Source of the DNA: an uncultured Eubacteriales bacterium
GTDB lineage: Bacteria > Bacillota > Clostridia > Oscillospirales > Acutalibacteraceae
DNA length: 60,898 nt
Assembly: GCA_934394855.1 (NCBI GenBank)
Contig: CAKRRH010000009.1
Span: 1 to 60,898 of the forward strand
Reading direction: 5' to 3'
The notes below the pieces were generated by a model. The model did no database searches and was not told the origin of the DNA. It worked only from the letters and a program-made list of their open reading frames with translations. Positions 60,487 to 60,898 of the stretch are shown one piece after another; position 1 is the first letter of the stretch, and each line of letters opens with the position of its first letter. Made by a program: the position numbers and the translations under genes.

Positions 60487-60898
60487 CGCTCCACCTCGCT
60501 CGTCTTATATAATATCACAATATTATGAACATTTCTATTGTATTTTATATTTTGCGATATATTTTTGCGAGAAAACTTTTTTGTAAAAAAGATTTTCTCG
60601 CGCTCTTTCAAAAAACTTTATTTATGAGGATTTTATTATAATAGAGCTAACAAAAAACTTAACTCTAAATATATCCACAACCGTTTTTGTTCCTTATTAT
60701 TTTTCCTCATTACCAATCTTTCGGAACAAAAACTCGTTTTAAGGGGTGTACGATAAAGGCGCTCAAACCACCCTCATTCACATATCTTGTCGTGCCTTTC
60801 CTTAGCACGACGGTTTGCACGGTTGTAAAATTCTGTTATCGTACAGGGGGATGTGATACCCCCTCGGGATTTTTAAGGGCGCAGCCCTTAAATGCACT

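Noticed and set aside
60700-60898. tmRNA / RNase P / SRP RNA at right edge
   Set aside because: It lacks the GGGG...TTCGAC tmRNA 5' end, the RNase P GGAAAGTCCGG core and the SRP GGAAG/AGCAG helix-8 motifs; left as an unidentified structured element.

Overview
This 60.9-kb window is chromosomal, mostly housekeeping DNA from a Firmicutes/Clostridia genome. The gene content points to a Ruminococcus-like, cellulosome-producing organism: a textbook type-I dockerin, sortase-type sorting signals, two GH5 lipoproteins, SleB and DUF1540 spore-associated genes, and about 50% GC. No transposase, integrase, CRISPR array, rRNA or tRNA was seen. Gene order, with strand: DUF1893 (+), aldo/keto reductase fused to a ferredoxin domain (+), AlkD-like DNA alkylation repair protein (-), Crp/Fnr regulator (-), 4Fe-4S ferredoxin-like protein (+), cupin (+), an unannotated FeoB-associated Cys-rich membrane peptide (-), feoB (-), feoA (-), feoA (-), ECF transporter S component (-), EF-G paralogue (+), MscS channel (-), flotillin (-), NfeD (-), DUF1836-like HTH protein (-), rlmH (-), YycJ-like MBL hydrolase (-), an unannotated DUF1540 gene (+), DegT-family aminotransferase (-), acyl-ACP thioesterase (+), lexA (+), sleB (-), galE (+), thiamine pyrophosphokinase (-), gatB-gatA-gatC (-), aspS (-), Wzy/O-antigen-ligase-like membrane protein (-), pnp (-), rpsO (-), large secreted surface protein paralog A with a sortase anchor (-), HtrA-like protease (-), sensor kinase (-), OmpR-family regulator (-), secA (+), a decayed SAM-methyltransferase pseudogene (-), large secreted paralog B with a C-terminal dockerin (-), dnaJ-dnaK-grpE-hrcA with a perfect CIRCE (-), M23 peptidase (+), two tandem GH5 lipoproteins (+), S41 C-terminal processing peptidase (-), M23 peptidase-ftsX-ftsE (-), PucR/CdaR regulator (-), rlmA (-). 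Most interesting observations: (1) two 8-kb-separated paralogs of an uncharacterised ~700-aa secreted module that carry alternative C-terminal anchors, a sortase sorting signal versus a type-I dockerin, with conserved 5' regions and a decayed methyltransferase gene beside one copy; (2) a 16-bp inverted-repeat motif (RTTAG-N6-CTAAC) present four times around the feoA-feoA-feoB operon; (3) a ~120-aa acidic extracytoplasmic insertion in FeoB; (4) an NfeD protein with an HD-dipeptide repeat tract next to flotillin; (5) a CssRS-like two-component system with htrA and TGAACA direct repeats in the divergent promoter shared with secA. Many ORF-track entries are 5'-extended; starts were re-assigned where an RBS and family-typical N-terminus are visible.
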